The notes under the pieces: generated by a model
The model's database searches: none
Told to the model about the DNA's origin: nothing
Seen by the model: only the letters and a program-made list of their open reading frames with translations
Position numbers and translations under genes: made by a program
Shown here: positions 10,072 through 20,222 of the stretch, in pieces
Position numbering within the stretch: position 1 is the first letter of the stretch
Layout of the letters: every line of letters begins with the position of its first letter
Assembly: GCA_019119595.1 (NCBI GenBank)
Contig: DWWS01000013.1
Span: forward strand, 82,756 to 146,755
DNA length: 64,000 nt
Origin: Candidatus Eisenbergiella merdavium
GTDB lineage: Bacteria; Bacillota; Clostridia; Lachnospirales; Lachnospiraceae
Reading direction: 5' to 3'

Positions 10072-11811
10072 GTGAACAGAAGAAAAAGGGTTTTCATGCT
10101 GCATTCCATACAGACCAAGATCCTGATCATCACTCTGGCGCTGACCACGGGAACCACGCTGGTCTCTCTGCTGATCTCCTACTATACGGAGATCAATACC
10201 ATCAAAAACACCACGGAAAGCTATATGACGCAGTATATTGCCTTCGCGGACGAGCGGTTTAACGATATGCTTTCCGAGGTCAGAAAAACGGCGCTTTCCG
10301 TGGCGACGGAGCAGGAGATCGTCTACCCGGGGATCCTGCATGGGAGAGAAAGCGCGTCTTATGAGGAGTATCTCCGCAAAAAAAGGATTTCCAGCTTTCT
10401 GTCAGGGCTGATGAGCCAGAAGGAATATATGGACAATGTCATGGTCATCACGAAGGATGAACGGATCTTTCAGGCGAATACGGAGCTGGTGCTGAAAAGA
10501 GACCTGGAGGCCTCCGTGATGCAGGCGGCCCTTCAGACGGAAAGGGCCGGGATATTCTACGACAGAGAGGCGCAGGAGGTGTTTTACAGCTGCCCCATCC
10601 TGCAGGGAGGAGATATTGTGGCGGTGAATCTCATAAAGTTGGATTATGATGCGCTGGTCGCCGCCTATGAGCAGGAACCGCTTGAGGGAATTGATATATA
10701 CGTGTTCGACTCAGAGCAGGGATTATTTTATACAAACACGGAGCTGACCGGAAGTGAGGACGAGCTTTTTGAAAAAATAGAGAAAAAAGGGAAGCGGGAG
10801 GAATATGTGGAATGGAACGGTCGGAGGTGGTATGCGCTTTCCTGGCGGCATGGGACGGAAAAGATGACGACGGTGGGGCTGATTCCGACGGACGTGCTGC
10901 TGAAGGATGCGAACGCCCTGCGGCAGAAGCTGCTTCTGGTGGGAGCCTGTGCGGTCCTTCTCGCGGTGGCCGCCTCCGTTTATCTGTCCGGCAGGCTGTG
11001 TACGAACCTGAAGGAGCTTGCGGGAAATATGGAAGAGATCAGAACGGGAAATCTGATGGTAAGATCGGATATCCATGCCCCGGATGAGGTGGGGATGCTT
11101 TCGGAAGCCTTTAACGAGATGATGGAAAGGATTGAGAGGCTTTTGGAGGAGGTGAAGCAGAAGGAACGTCTGAAAAGGGAGGCTGAACAGAGCGTGCTCG
11201 CCACGCAGATCGAGCCGCATTTTCTGTACAATTCCATCGACAGCATTCAGCATGTGGCGCACATGCGCGGAGAGGGGGAGATCGAACGGGTGGCGGCGGC
11301 TCTGTCCGAGCTTCTGCGCAGCGTGCTGACCGACAGGAATGAATTCATCACTCTCTGGGAGGAAAGAGAATACATTGAGAATTATATTTACATAGAACGC
11401 TTCAAGTACAGAGGGGATTTCCGGCTTCTCTGGGAGGTGGACGAGGAGCTCTGGACATACCGGCTGCCCAAGCTGCTTCTGCAGCCGGTGGTGGAGAACG
11501 CTCTGATCCATGGAATCTCCGCGAAGGAGAACGGAGGCGTCATACAGGTGAAGATTTACCGGGAGGATGCGTTCGTGATCGTGAAGGTGATGGATAACGG
11601 GAAGGGAATGAGCGAGAAAAAGGTGGAGGAGCTTCTTGCGGATATCGGAAGGAAGGATATCTCAGGCTTCAGAAGGGTTGGACTCGCCAATGTGCTGAAC
11701 CGGATCAGGCTGGTATACGGGGACGAATATGGAGGCACGGTGTATAGCTGTCAGGACATGTTTACCTGCGTGGAGCTTAAGCTGCCTGCGGCGGAAGGGG
11801 AGGGAGTATGA
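10072..11811 (+). CDS. YesM-like sensor histidine kinase
   Basis: Two TM segments, HAMP (DEVGMLSEAFNEM), QIEPHFLYN, LQPVVENALIHG, DNGKG. Confidence 0.92.
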   Translation: MNRRKRVFMLHSIQTKILIITLALTTGTTLVSLLISYYTEINTIKNTTESYMTQYIAFADERFNDMLSEVRKTALSVATEQEIVYPGILHGRESASYEEYLRKKRISSFLSGLMSQKEYMDNVMVITKDERIFQANTELVLKRDLEASVMQAALQTERAGIFYDREAQEVFYSCPILQGGDIVAVNLIKLDYDALVAAYEQEPLEGIDIYVFDSEQGLFYTNTELTGSEDELFEKIEKKGKREEYVEWNGRRWYALSWRHGTEKMTTVGLIPTDVLLKDANALRQKLLLVGACAVLLAVAASVYLSGRLCTNLKELAGNMEEIRTGNLMVRSDIHAPDEVGMLSEAFNEMMERIERLLEEVKQKERLKREAEQSVLATQIEPHFLYNSIDSIQHVAHMRGEGEIERVAAALSELLRSVLTDRNEFITLWEEREYIENYIYIERFKYRGDFRLLWEVDEELWTYRLPKLLLQPVVENALIHGISAKENGGVIQVKIYREDAFVIVKVMDNGKGMSEKKVEELLADIGRKDISGFRRVGLANVLNRIRLVYGDEYGGTVYSCQDMFTCVELKLPAAEGEGV

Positions 11812-13298
11812 AGCGTTCGGTATTGCTGGTGGACGACGAAAAGGTATTCAGAAACTATATCAGGCAGATGAAGGTATGGGACGACAGCGATTTTTTTATT
11901 GCGGCTGAGGCAAGATCAGCGGAGGAGGCCCTGCGCCTTCTGGAAAAACAGGAGATCAACCTGGTTATTCTGGACGTTTCCATGCCTGGAAAGAACGGCG
12001 TTTTTCTCTCGGAGCTCATCGCCGCCAAATATCCGCAGACGGCCATGATCGCGGTATCCAGCTATGACGCGTACGATTATGTCCGGGAGATCCTGAAAAA
12101 CGGGGCTCACGATTATATCCTGAAAAGCCGTCTGACGGAGGAAACCCTTCTGCGGGCGCTGGAAAGCGCGGATCTGAGGATGAGGCAGAGATCGCCCTGG
12201 GAGCTGCGTAAGGAGCTGCGCAGCCAGGCACAGGAGTGGCTTTTTCGCGGCGCGGCAAGCCCGTTCACCCCGGATAATTCCAGAAAAGCGGCGGCGGTGG
12301 CCCAGGTCAGATTCCTCAAGGACTATCCGGAGGAAAGCATGGAAACGCTGATGGAGGGAATCGGAAAAATCTTTGAATCCGCCGGAAACAGGGATGAGGG
12401 GATCGACATTCTGGCCGTCTCCTGCCGCCCCGCGAAATTTATCCTGCTCTACCGGTTTTACGGGGAAACCTCGGAAGCAAGGATGCAGGAGCGCATGGCG
12501 GCGGCCAATCTGGTCAGCCAGGATAATATACGCCGGATCTACAGCCTGCAGGTAACGATCCGGTCCTGCCCGGCTTTTTTCAGTGATAACGCAATGCGGT
12601 CTTATCTTTTGTTTCTGCTGCAGGAAAAAAAGGAAGAGGCGGAGCCGGTCACGCCGCTGGCCCTTTCGATCGGACAGCAGAAAAAGCTGCTCGCGGCAGT
12701 GGAGGCTCTGGATGGGGAGGACGCGGGACGTCAGATCAGACAGCTTTACGAGCAGATCCCCGCGGAGCAGGAGGCGCTATGCCTGATGGTGACGAAGGAG
12801 ATGCTGGACCTTCTTGGGCGTATTTCCCAGGAATATCAGATCAGCCTGGATTTTCTCCCCAGGGATAACCGTCTGTTCGAATACACTCAGGGAAAAAGCC
12901 GGGAGACGCTGGCGGCAAACGTGTCGGGGCTTTTCGGAAACGTGCTCAGAGAGATCCGCGAACAGAAAGGAAAGGGGCAGTATTCGGATCTCGTGAAACG
13001 GGCAGTCGCGCTGATGGAGGAAAGATATGGAGAGCCGGTGGGGCTGAGGGACATCGCCGGAACCATCGGAACGAACAGCTCCTATCTGAGCCGTCTGTTC
13101 CATGAGGAAACCGGAACGACGGTGACGGAATACCTGAACCGGGTGAGGGTGGAAGCGGCCGGAAGGCTTCTGCGGGAGGACATTCCTCTGAAAGAGATCG
13201 TGCACCGCTGCGGGTTCCGGAGCTATGGCTATTTTCTGAAGATATTTAAGGAGTATACCTCGAAAACGCCGAAAGAATATCTGACAGATGTGAAATGA
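11808..13298 (+). CDS. YesN-like response regulator (receiver plus AraC HTH)
   Basis: LLVDDE...LDVSMP receiver, C-terminal AraC HTH; ATGA overlap with the kinase. Confidence 0.92.
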   Translation: MKRSVLLVDDEKVFRNYIRQMKVWDDSDFFIAAEARSAEEALRLLEKQEINLVILDVSMPGKNGVFLSELIAAKYPQTAMIAVSSYDAYDYVREILKNGAHDYILKSRLTEETLLRALESADLRMRQRSPWELRKELRSQAQEWLFRGAASPFTPDNSRKAAAVAQVRFLKDYPEESMETLMEGIGKIFESAGNRDEGIDILAVSCRPAKFILLYRFYGETSEARMQERMAAANLVSQDNIRRIYSLQVTIRSCPAFFSDNAMRSYLLFLLQEKKEEAEPVTPLALSIGQQKKLLAAVEALDGEDAGRQIRQLYEQIPAEQEALCLMVTKEMLDLLGRISQEYQISLDFLPRDNRLFEYTQGKSRETLAANVSGLFGNVLREIREQKGKGQYSDLVKRAVALMEERYGEPVGLRDIAGTIGTNSSYLSRLFHEETGTTVTEYLNRVRVEAAGRLLREDIPLKEIVHRCGFRSYGYFLKIFKEYTSKTPKEYLTDVK

Positions 13299-13493
13299 AT
13301 GGTTAAGGGTGAATATAAAAGAGCTTTAGAAAAGAGAGGATTTGTGCATATGTACAGATGCTCTCTTTTTTTATGTAAAAAAAGTAGATAACGAAGTAAA
13401 AATAGATGAGAAAAAAGGGAAAAATATGTGCAGTAAGCCTGATACAATACAAACATCGTAGGACTGCGGATATAAAGGAAGGAGGAAAAGGTT

Positions 13494-15107
13494 ATGAAAA
13501 TGAAAAAAGGACTGTCGTATCTGCTGTGTATCGCCTGCTTCAGCGGTCTGCTTATGGCATGTTCGGACTCTGGAGTAGAAAATGGAGGGGATCAGACAGC
13601 TCAGACGGAGGAAACGGCAGCAGAAGAAGTGGACTCCAACCTGAACCTGGATGGCTTCCCGATCGTAAATGAAACGATTACCCTGACTGCGTATGGTCAG
13701 AGAGATCAGAACCAGGCCGCGTGGGATGAAATGTTTGTTTTTCAAGAGTATGAAAAAATGACGAACATTCTTATGGATTTTCAGGAAGTACCTGCGGACG
13801 GCTTTGCGGAAAATAAGCAGCTGGTATTTGCTTCCAATGAACTGCCGGATGTTTTTCTGAGAGCTGCGATCACAGCAAATGAGATCTCTACCTATGGAGT
13901 GGGAAGCGGACAGCTCATGGTACTGGATGATCTGATCGAGCAGTATGCGCCTAACATTTCAAAGATCTTCGAGGAATACCCCAATATCAGGCAGGCATGC
14001 ACGGCATCGGACGGACATATCTATACGCTGCCCACTGTGGATATCAGCGCGACGGGGAAAATGGATTTTAAGCAGTGGATCAACACGAAATGGCTGGACG
14101 AACTGGGGCTGGAAATTCCGACGACGCTGGAAGAATTTAAAGAGGTATTGATCGCGTTCAGAGATCAGGATCCGAATGGTAACGGGGAACAGGATGAAAT
14201 CCCTCTGGGGCTGAGAGATCCGAATACGGTTTATCAGTTGGGAGGGCCGTTCGGACTGGGATATCAGATGAGAGACACCTATAATATTGATGAAAACGGA
14301 ACCGTGCACAACTGGCTGTGCGACGATGCGTTTAAGGAATATCTGATTTACCTGAACGATCTGTATGAGGAAAAGCTGATCTGGCAGGAATATTATAAAA
14401 ACGACAGACCGGCATGGAGAAGCAATCTGGCGGCGGAGCTGTACGGCGCGATGTATATGCCTTATTCGGATGTGTTTTTGAACTGTGAGCAGGATTATTC
14501 CGGATATGAGCCACTGATTGGGCCGACGGGTGAAAAATACTGGTCGGATGCCACCTCCGGAGCAACGATAGGCGCATACGCGCTGAGCAACACCTGCTCC
14601 GATCCGGAAGCGGCTATCCGCTGGGTAGATTATTTTTATGGGGAAGAGGGCTCCATATTCTTTACCTTTGGCGAAGAAGGAACGCACTATTACAGAGATG
14701 AAAACGGAAATTTACGGTTCAACGACGAAATCCTGAATGCCGAAGAAGGCTTTATGACCGCTTTGGGAAAAATTACTATGGTGCCCGGCTTGGGATATCC
14801 TTCCGTTCTGACGGATGAGACGGACAGAGTAGTAGCGAGTGACCGGACAAAGGAAGCGGCAAAAATTCTGGAGCCCTATCTGCCGGAAGCATTTTATGCT
14901 AAGCCCTCGGTAAAACCGGAAGATATGGACAGAGTGGTGGCGATCGAACAGGATCTTACAACCTACAGGGATGAGGCGGTGACCAAATTCATCATCGGAG
15001 AATGGGAATTCGATATGTGGGAGGAATACTGCCAGACGCTGGAGCAGATCGGAATCCGTGAGCTGGAGGAGATTTATCAGAGAGCCCTGGATGCACAGAA
15101 ATCATAG
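13494..15107 (+). CDS. Carbohydrate ABC transporter solute-binding lipoprotein
   Basis: Lipobox LMAC and INTKWLDELGLEIPTT...DPNGNGEQDEIP. Confidence 0.9.
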   Translation: MKMKKGLSYLLCIACFSGLLMACSDSGVENGGDQTAQTEETAAEEVDSNLNLDGFPIVNETITLTAYGQRDQNQAAWDEMFVFQEYEKMTNILMDFQEVPADGFAENKQLVFASNELPDVFLRAAITANEISTYGVGSGQLMVLDDLIEQYAPNISKIFEEYPNIRQACTASDGHIYTLPTVDISATGKMDFKQWINTKWLDELGLEIPTTLEEFKEVLIAFRDQDPNGNGEQDEIPLGLRDPNTVYQLGGPFGLGYQMRDTYNIDENGTVHNWLCDDAFKEYLIYLNDLYEEKLIWQEYYKNDRPAWRSNLAAELYGAMYMPYSDVFLNCEQDYSGYEPLIGPTGEKYWSDATSGATIGAYALSNTCSDPEAAIRWVDYFYGEEGSIFFTFGEEGTHYYRDENGNLRFNDEILNAEEGFMTALGKITMVPGLGYPSVLTDETDRVVASDRTKEAAKILEPYLPEAFYAKPSVKPEDMDRVVAIEQDLTTYRDEAVTKFIIGEWEFDMWEEYCQTLEQIGIRELEEIYQRALDAQKS

Positions 15108-15178
15108 GATCGGATACAGTTCAAATAGTGGAAGCCGGAGCGTATGCATCCGGCTTCCTTAAGCAAATGGAGGCATTT

Positions 15179-16096
15179 ATGAAAGAAAAGCTGCGGAAAA
15201 GGGGAAAAAAGCTGAAACAGAATCTTGGACTTTATCTGATGCTTTCACTCCCGCTTGCCTGGTATATTATCTTTAAATACATACCGATGTACGGGCTTCA
15301 GATTGCGTTCAAACGCTTCAATCCATCTCTGGGAATTATAGGGAGCCCCTGGGCAGGCCTGACCTACTTTAAGCAATTTTTTGAATCTTACTATTTTACG
15401 GATATTTTGTGGAATACGATTTCGCTGAGTCTGTTTACAATGGCAATCGGCTTCCCAATGCCGATTCTGCTTGCGCTGCTGATCAATGAGATCAAAAGCG
15501 CAAAGTTTAAAAAATTTATTCAGAATATTACCTATGTTCCCAATTTTCTGTCCGTGGTCGTGATCGTCAGCATGCTTACTTTGTTTTCAAACAGGGATTA
15601 CGGACTGTTCAATAAGCTGACGGGAAGCTTTGGGATCGCGCCGGTTGATTTTATGTCAAAGCCGGGCCTGTTTCAGCCTCTTTACGTGTTTTCCAATGTC
15701 TGGCAGTTTATGGGATTTAATGCGATCATTTATATTGCCGCGCTTTCCGGAGTGGATCAGGAGCTGTATGAGGCGGCTTCCATTGACGGAGCTTCAAGAA
15801 TGCAGAAGATCATACATATTTCCATACCGTGTATCATGAACACCATTTTGATCCTGTTCATCATGAGGATCGGAAGCCTGATGTCCGTAGGCTTTGAAAA
15901 GGTATATCTGATGCAGAACAGCGTAACCATTTCAGCGAGCGAGGTGATATCAACCTTCATCTATAAAAACGGGATCCAAAAGGGTCAGTTCAGCTACAGC
16001 ACAGCGGTGGGACTGTTTAATTCCGTGATCAATTTCGTGCTTCTGGTCAGCGCTAATTTTGTGAGCAAAAAGACGACAAAGACAAGCTTATGGTGA
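15179..16096 (+). CDS. Sugar ABC transporter permease
   Basis: LYEAASIDGASRMQK EAA loop. Confidence 0.92.
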   Translation: MKEKLRKRGKKLKQNLGLYLMLSLPLAWYIIFKYIPMYGLQIAFKRFNPSLGIIGSPWAGLTYFKQFFESYYFTDILWNTISLSLFTMAIGFPMPILLALLINEIKSAKFKKFIQNITYVPNFLSVVVIVSMLTLFSNRDYGLFNKLTGSFGIAPVDFMSKPGLFQPLYVFSNVWQFMGFNAIIYIAALSGVDQELYEAASIDGASRMQKIIHISIPCIMNTILILFIMRIGSLMSVGFEKVYLMQNSVTISASEVISTFIYKNGIQKGQFSYSTAVGLFNSVINFVLLVSANFVSKKTTKTSLW

Positions 16097-16108
16097 GGAG
16101 TTGGAACG

Positions 16109-17002
16109 ATGAAAGATAGTTTAAAAAACAGGCTGAAAAGCGACGCCGTATTTGACATGATCGTGAATTTTTTGGGCGGTGTGATCGTTCTGATCGTTCT
16201 CATCCCGCTGATCTTTGTGCTGGCTGCGTCCTTTTCTGATCCGGATCTGGTGATCAGGGGAGAAGTCCTGCTATGGCCGAAGGGCTTTACTTTAGAAGCC
16301 TACAAAATGGTATTTGAAAATGAGGATATATGGAAGGGGTTTATAAATTCCTGCTTTTATACTGGCGTTGGAACGCTGATCAGCATTATACTTACAATTA
16401 TGGCAGCATATCCCCTTTCAAGGAAAGGGCTGGAGGGTAGACGGATCTTCATGCTTCTGATCCTTTTTACCATGTATTTCAGTGGAGGCATGATACCGAC
16501 CTATCTGCTGGTAAAGAACCTGGGGCTGTACGATACGAGATGGGCGCTGCTGATTCCTGCGGCGCTGTCCACATATAATCTGATCGTTGCGAAAACTTTT
16601 TTTGAAAACAGCATTCCGGAGGAGTTGTATGAATCTGCAAGGCTTGACGGCTGCGGAAACCTGCAGATGCTCCTGAAAATTGTTCTTCCGCTGTCCAAAG
16701 CGATTTTGGCGGTGCTGGTTTTATATTATGCAGTAGAAATCTGGAATGCCTATTTTGATGCTTTGATCTACATACGCAACGCGGACCTTCATCCGCTGCA
16801 GATCGTTCTGAGAAATATCCTTCTCCTTGGACAGACGGAGCAGATGGGAACCAATGATGTAGGGATGGCGGAAAAGGTCAAGATGGCGGAGGCCGTCAAG
16901 TATTCAGCGATCGTAATATCAAGCGTGCCCATGCTTCTGATCTATCCTTTTGTACAAAAGCATTTTGTAAAGGGGGTAATGATAGGGGCGGTTAAAGGCT
17001 GA
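16109..17002 (+). CDS. Sugar ABC transporter permease
   Basis: LYESARLDGC loop and FVKGVMIGAVKG end. Confidence 0.92.
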   Translation: MKDSLKNRLKSDAVFDMIVNFLGGVIVLIVLIPLIFVLAASFSDPDLVIRGEVLLWPKGFTLEAYKMVFENEDIWKGFINSCFYTGVGTLISIILTIMAAYPLSRKGLEGRRIFMLLILFTMYFSGGMIPTYLLVKNLGLYDTRWALLIPAALSTYNLIVAKTFFENSIPEELYESARLDGCGNLQMLLKIVLPLSKAILAVLVLYYAVEIWNAYFDALIYIRNADLHPLQIVLRNILLLGQTEQMGTNDVGMAEKVKMAEAVKYSAIVISSVPMLLIYPFVQKHFVKGVMIGAVKG

Positions 17003-17026
17003 AAAAAGTAGGAGGAAGTACGGAAA

Positions 17027-18553
17027 ATGAAGAAAAAACCGAATATCATCATTGTAATGACGGATCAGCAGAGAGCGGATCTGAGAAAAGCCTGTGGGTA
17101 TGAGCTGGATACCATGCCGTTTCTGGATGAATGGGCAGAGGGAGGCGTTGACTTTGAACGTGCGTATACCCCGAACCCTACCTGCATGCCGGCGCGCGTG
17201 AGCATGCTGACGGGGAGGTATTCTCAATGTCACAGGGCAAGGACAAATCATAATGCCGCAGACGCCTGTTATACGGCCGATCTTTTGGATGTGCTGAAAA
17301 AGAATGGTTATGTCACTGCTTTGTGTGGAAAAAATCATTCTCATCGTAAGTCATCTGATTTTGATTTCCATGAGGAAACGGGGCATCTGGGGTATGAGGG
17401 TGAAAAAAACAGCACAGACAGAGAGCTTGCATTCGCTGATTATCTTTGCCAGACAGGACATATGGAAATGCACAGTCCCTCTCCGGGAGGGGTTGAGGTA
17501 CAGCATCCCTTCAGAAACGTATCCTCCGCACTGAAATTTGTGGATGGATTGGATGGAGAGCGACCGTTTTTCGCGTGGGTCTCTTTCGCTGAGCCGCATA
17601 ACCCATATCAGGTTCCTGACCCCTATTTTGATATGTTTCCGCCCCAGAAGCTCCCCCAGGTTCATGCGGGGACAGAGGCGCTTGAGGAAAAGGGAGAACG
17701 CTTTGTATGGCTGCGGTCGGTTTGGGAAAAGATGCTTGGGACAAACGTGGAAGAAAGGATATTGCGGTCGCGTTCCAACTATCATGGGATGCTACGTCTG
17801 ATCGACGATCAGTTCAGAAGGCTTGTGGAAGGTCTGAAGGAAAGAGGACTGGAGGATAATACGATCGTTATTTACCTGTCGGATCACGGAGATTTTGCGG
17901 GGGAATATGGGCTGATCCGAAAAGGGGCTGATCTGCCGGATATTTTGTGTCATATCCCGATGATATGGAAGGGGCCTGGAATAAAAGCCAGCGGAAGGAT
18001 GAAAAACGGGTTTGTCAATATTGTGGATATATTGCCGACGCTTTGCGATTACCTGGATATCGAGACACCCTTTGGCTGCCAGGGAAAAAGCATACGTCCG
18101 TTGCTGGAAGGCCGGGAAGGGTCGGAAAAGGAATTCGAAACGGCCTACGCGGAAAGCGGTTTTTCAGGCCTTTACTGGAATGATGCGGATAAGCTCACTC
18201 TGACCGGAGAGGGAGCGGTAGGAAATATGGTGACCTTCGACTGCCTGAATACCTGGACTCAGTGCGGGCAGGTGAGGGCTTTGTGGAAGGGAAACTATCA
18301 TATTCAGATGGATATGATGGGAAAGGGATATCTTTACCGCCTGGATAAGGATCCGATGGAAGTCGAGAATCTGTGGGAGACGGAAGCATATTCCGGGATC
18401 AGAAGGGAGATGACGGAGGCTTTGGCGGCCGAAATGATGAAGCAGGCGGATCCGCTTCCGGCGCCGCACAGAAGATACCGTACTAAAGTGCATCCAAGGG
18501 GCTACTGGTATCAGGAATATGTGGCGGAGGACCCGGGAGTGCGGGATATCTGA
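17027..18553 (+). CDS. Cys-type (formylglycine-dependent) sulfatase
   Basis: KPNIIIVMTDQ, CMPARVSMLTGR (CxPxR), GKNH, EPHNPY, SDHGD. Confidence 0.92.
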   Translation: MKKKPNIIIVMTDQQRADLRKACGYELDTMPFLDEWAEGGVDFERAYTPNPTCMPARVSMLTGRYSQCHRARTNHNAADACYTADLLDVLKKNGYVTALCGKNHSHRKSSDFDFHEETGHLGYEGEKNSTDRELAFADYLCQTGHMEMHSPSPGGVEVQHPFRNVSSALKFVDGLDGERPFFAWVSFAEPHNPYQVPDPYFDMFPPQKLPQVHAGTEALEEKGERFVWLRSVWEKMLGTNVEERILRSRSNYHGMLRLIDDQFRRLVEGLKERGLEDNTIVIYLSDHGDFAGEYGLIRKGADLPDILCHIPMIWKGPGIKASGRMKNGFVNIVDILPTLCDYLDIETPFGCQGKSIRPLLEGREGSEKEFETAYAESGFSGLYWNDADKLTLTGEGAVGNMVTFDCLNTWTQCGQVRALWKGNYHIQMDMMGKGYLYRLDKDPMEVENLWETEAYSGIRREMTEALAAEMMKQADPLPAPHRRYRTKVHPRGYWYQEYVAEDPGVRDI

Positions 18554-18595
18554 CGATACCGGCGGAGGATGCTTTAGAAAGGATACCATTTCCAT

Positions 18596-18655
18596 ATGCT
18601 CTGAGTGGCTTGGAATCAGGAGATTTTCCTGACAGGCCACTTGGAGCATTTTTAT
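18596..18655 (+). terminator. Rho-independent terminator after sulfatase
   Basis: atgctc-tgagtggc...gccacttg-gagcat followed by tttt. Confidence 0.55.
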
Positions 18656-18712
18656 GTAATAAAAAATACGTTCCTCCACCCCCCATTTTGCGCTATAGTA
18701 CACAACCGGAAT

Positions 18713-18987
18713 AAACAATACGAGATACCAAAGAGAGCAGTGATCGAAGCCTATAAAAGAGTAAAAGCGAACAAAGGCAGTGCTGGTATAGATGGTATGG
18801 ATTTTGAGAAAGAAGTTGAATGGATGGCTGTATCGATGGGTACGGATGTGTATCTGGAAACAATGTAATCTATGACTCAGCCACAGCCCATCAGTCTCTG
18901 CACGTCAACTATTGAAAACGCCGGATACGTGAACCGTATGTCCGGTGTTGCGAGAGGACGGCGGTTAATCCCCACCTCCTGCTCGAT
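18713..18987 (+). mobile_element. Internally deleted group II intron remnant (RT0 piece, domain X piece, IEP C-terminus, class C-like DV/DVI)
   Basis: Peptide fragments KQYEIPKRAVIEAYKRVKANKGSAGIDG (18713-), LNGWLYRWVRMCIWKQ (18816-) and YDSATAHQSLHVNY* (18871-18915). These are followed by aaacgccggatacgtgaaccgtatgtccggtgttgcgagaggacggcggttaatccccacctcctgctcgat. Confidence 0.8.
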
Positions 18988-19020
18988 TATGGGAAAGTTC
19001 TGATAACCCGTTCCCCTGCG

Positions 19021-19806
19021 CTATTCCCCTTTGATGATGCCCTGCAAATCCTGTTTCACCTGCTGATAGGTCAAAGCTGGAATGGGAATACAAATCCCGG
19101 AAATCAATTCCGCTTCAAAACGCCTGATCGCCACGATAAACAACGTATTCACCAGATACCCACGGCGCAGCGGGTAAAACAAATCCGGCAATTCCTTTGC
19201 AATCTCCCCGATAGAGCTGTTGCAGGAAATTACCCGGTCAATGCAGACAAACTCGGTTTTCCTTCGCTGGCTCTGCACATACAAGACCGTATTGGGATTG
19301 ACGAAAATCGTCTGCGTCCCACTTCGGATTGGCAGACGCCGCCCGGAGGGGCGTTCCAACAGCAGACTGCGGACAAAATGCGTGGTATTCATATCCAGTT
19401 TCAATATCTTACTTTCCTGGGGCTGCATATACTCATAGGAATTGTGCTGGTGTACCATCTTCAAGTCCCCGCCGATCATGCGGTAGCTGATGGTGAAATG
19501 ATTGATGACCCGGAAAGACCCCTCCAGGCTCTCCACGATGATCTGGCCGCAGACCTGGGCCGCTTTGTCACCCAAGGAAACCGGGAAATATTCTTCCTGC
19601 ACCACGCTGACCGCCTTCCCGGTAAAGCCCTTGAAATGCTCCCGGATGGCGTCGCCGCCGAATAGCAGCGGTTCCCCTGTGCCCAGGTAAACGCTGTCCG
19701 GGCAGAGGTAGGAAAACCACTTCTCCAGATCCCCAGCATAATGGGCGTGAAACAGCTCTTTTGTAAGCGCCGCGACTTCCTCTAAATTGATTTTTTCTGT
19801 TGCCAT
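19021..19806 (-). CDS. SnoaL/NTF2-like domain fused to LytTR DNA-binding domain
   Basis: N-terminal SnoaL-like pattern ending LKMVHQHNS. C-terminal LytTR pattern VLYVQSQRRK...FYPLRRGYLVN. Confidence 0.75.
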   Translation of the reverse strand: MATEKINLEEVAALTKELFHAHYAGDLEKWFSYLCPDSVYLGTGEPLLFGGDAIREHFKGFTGKAVSVVQEEYFPVSLGDKAAQVCGQIIVESLEGSFRVINHFTISYRMIGGDLKMVHQHNSYEYMQPQESKILKLDMNTTHFVRSLLLERPSGRRLPIRSGTQTIFVNPNTVLYVQSQRRKTEFVCIDRVISCNSSIGEIAKELPDLFYPLRRGYLVNTLFIVAIRRFEAELISGICIPIPALTYQQVKQDLQGIIKGE

Positions 19807-19878
19807 AGACAGACCGCCTTTGCGTGTTTTCTTTCATTTTAGCAGATGTGGGAAAAGAGAACAAGGGAAAAACACATT

Positions 19879-19944
19879 ATTCGTGACATTAAACGTGTCA
19901 TTGGTGCAAACAGTATTGACCTGCCGCGCTGCCATCCGTATAAT
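19879..19944 (+). promoter_or_regulatory. Sigma70-type promoter with upstream imperfect direct repeats (LytTR-box-like)
   Basis: TTGACC(19916)-17 bp-TATAAT(19939). attcgtg at 19879 and attggtg at 19900 are 21 bp apart. Confidence 0.6.
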
Positions 19945-20222
19945 TGAAAAAAAGATGTCAAGCCGTAATATACTTAAGCCAGACAGGATAAGCTTATCCT
20001 TTTTGCTGCTCAAATGATTTTATACAGATAGCCATAGGTGCGTTTGCAGGCAGCTGCTGCCAACCGCTTCAAGGAGGCTGATCCAGGGCATCGCGGATTT
20101 GACCGGCTGGGATTTGACGCTGGCTGAAGCTGTGACCACTGGAAAGGGCGGCATGAGCTGGCCGATGGACGAACCCTACATATGGGAGAACGGTCAATAA
20201 ACTATAAACAGATGAGGAGGAT

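Noticed and set aside
18670-18702. Possible IS terminal repeat (reverse strand begins TGTACTATAGCGC)
   Set aside because: No partner repeat or transposase found, so it cannot be supported from this window.
18605-18868. 87-aa ORF as a functional reverse transcriptase, retron or DGR
   Set aside because: Only an RT0 fragment is present, with no YADD-type catalytic region; treated as intron debris.
19945-20222. Riboswitch in the long peptidase leader
   Set aside because: No recognisable aptamer consensus; better explained as a gene remnant.
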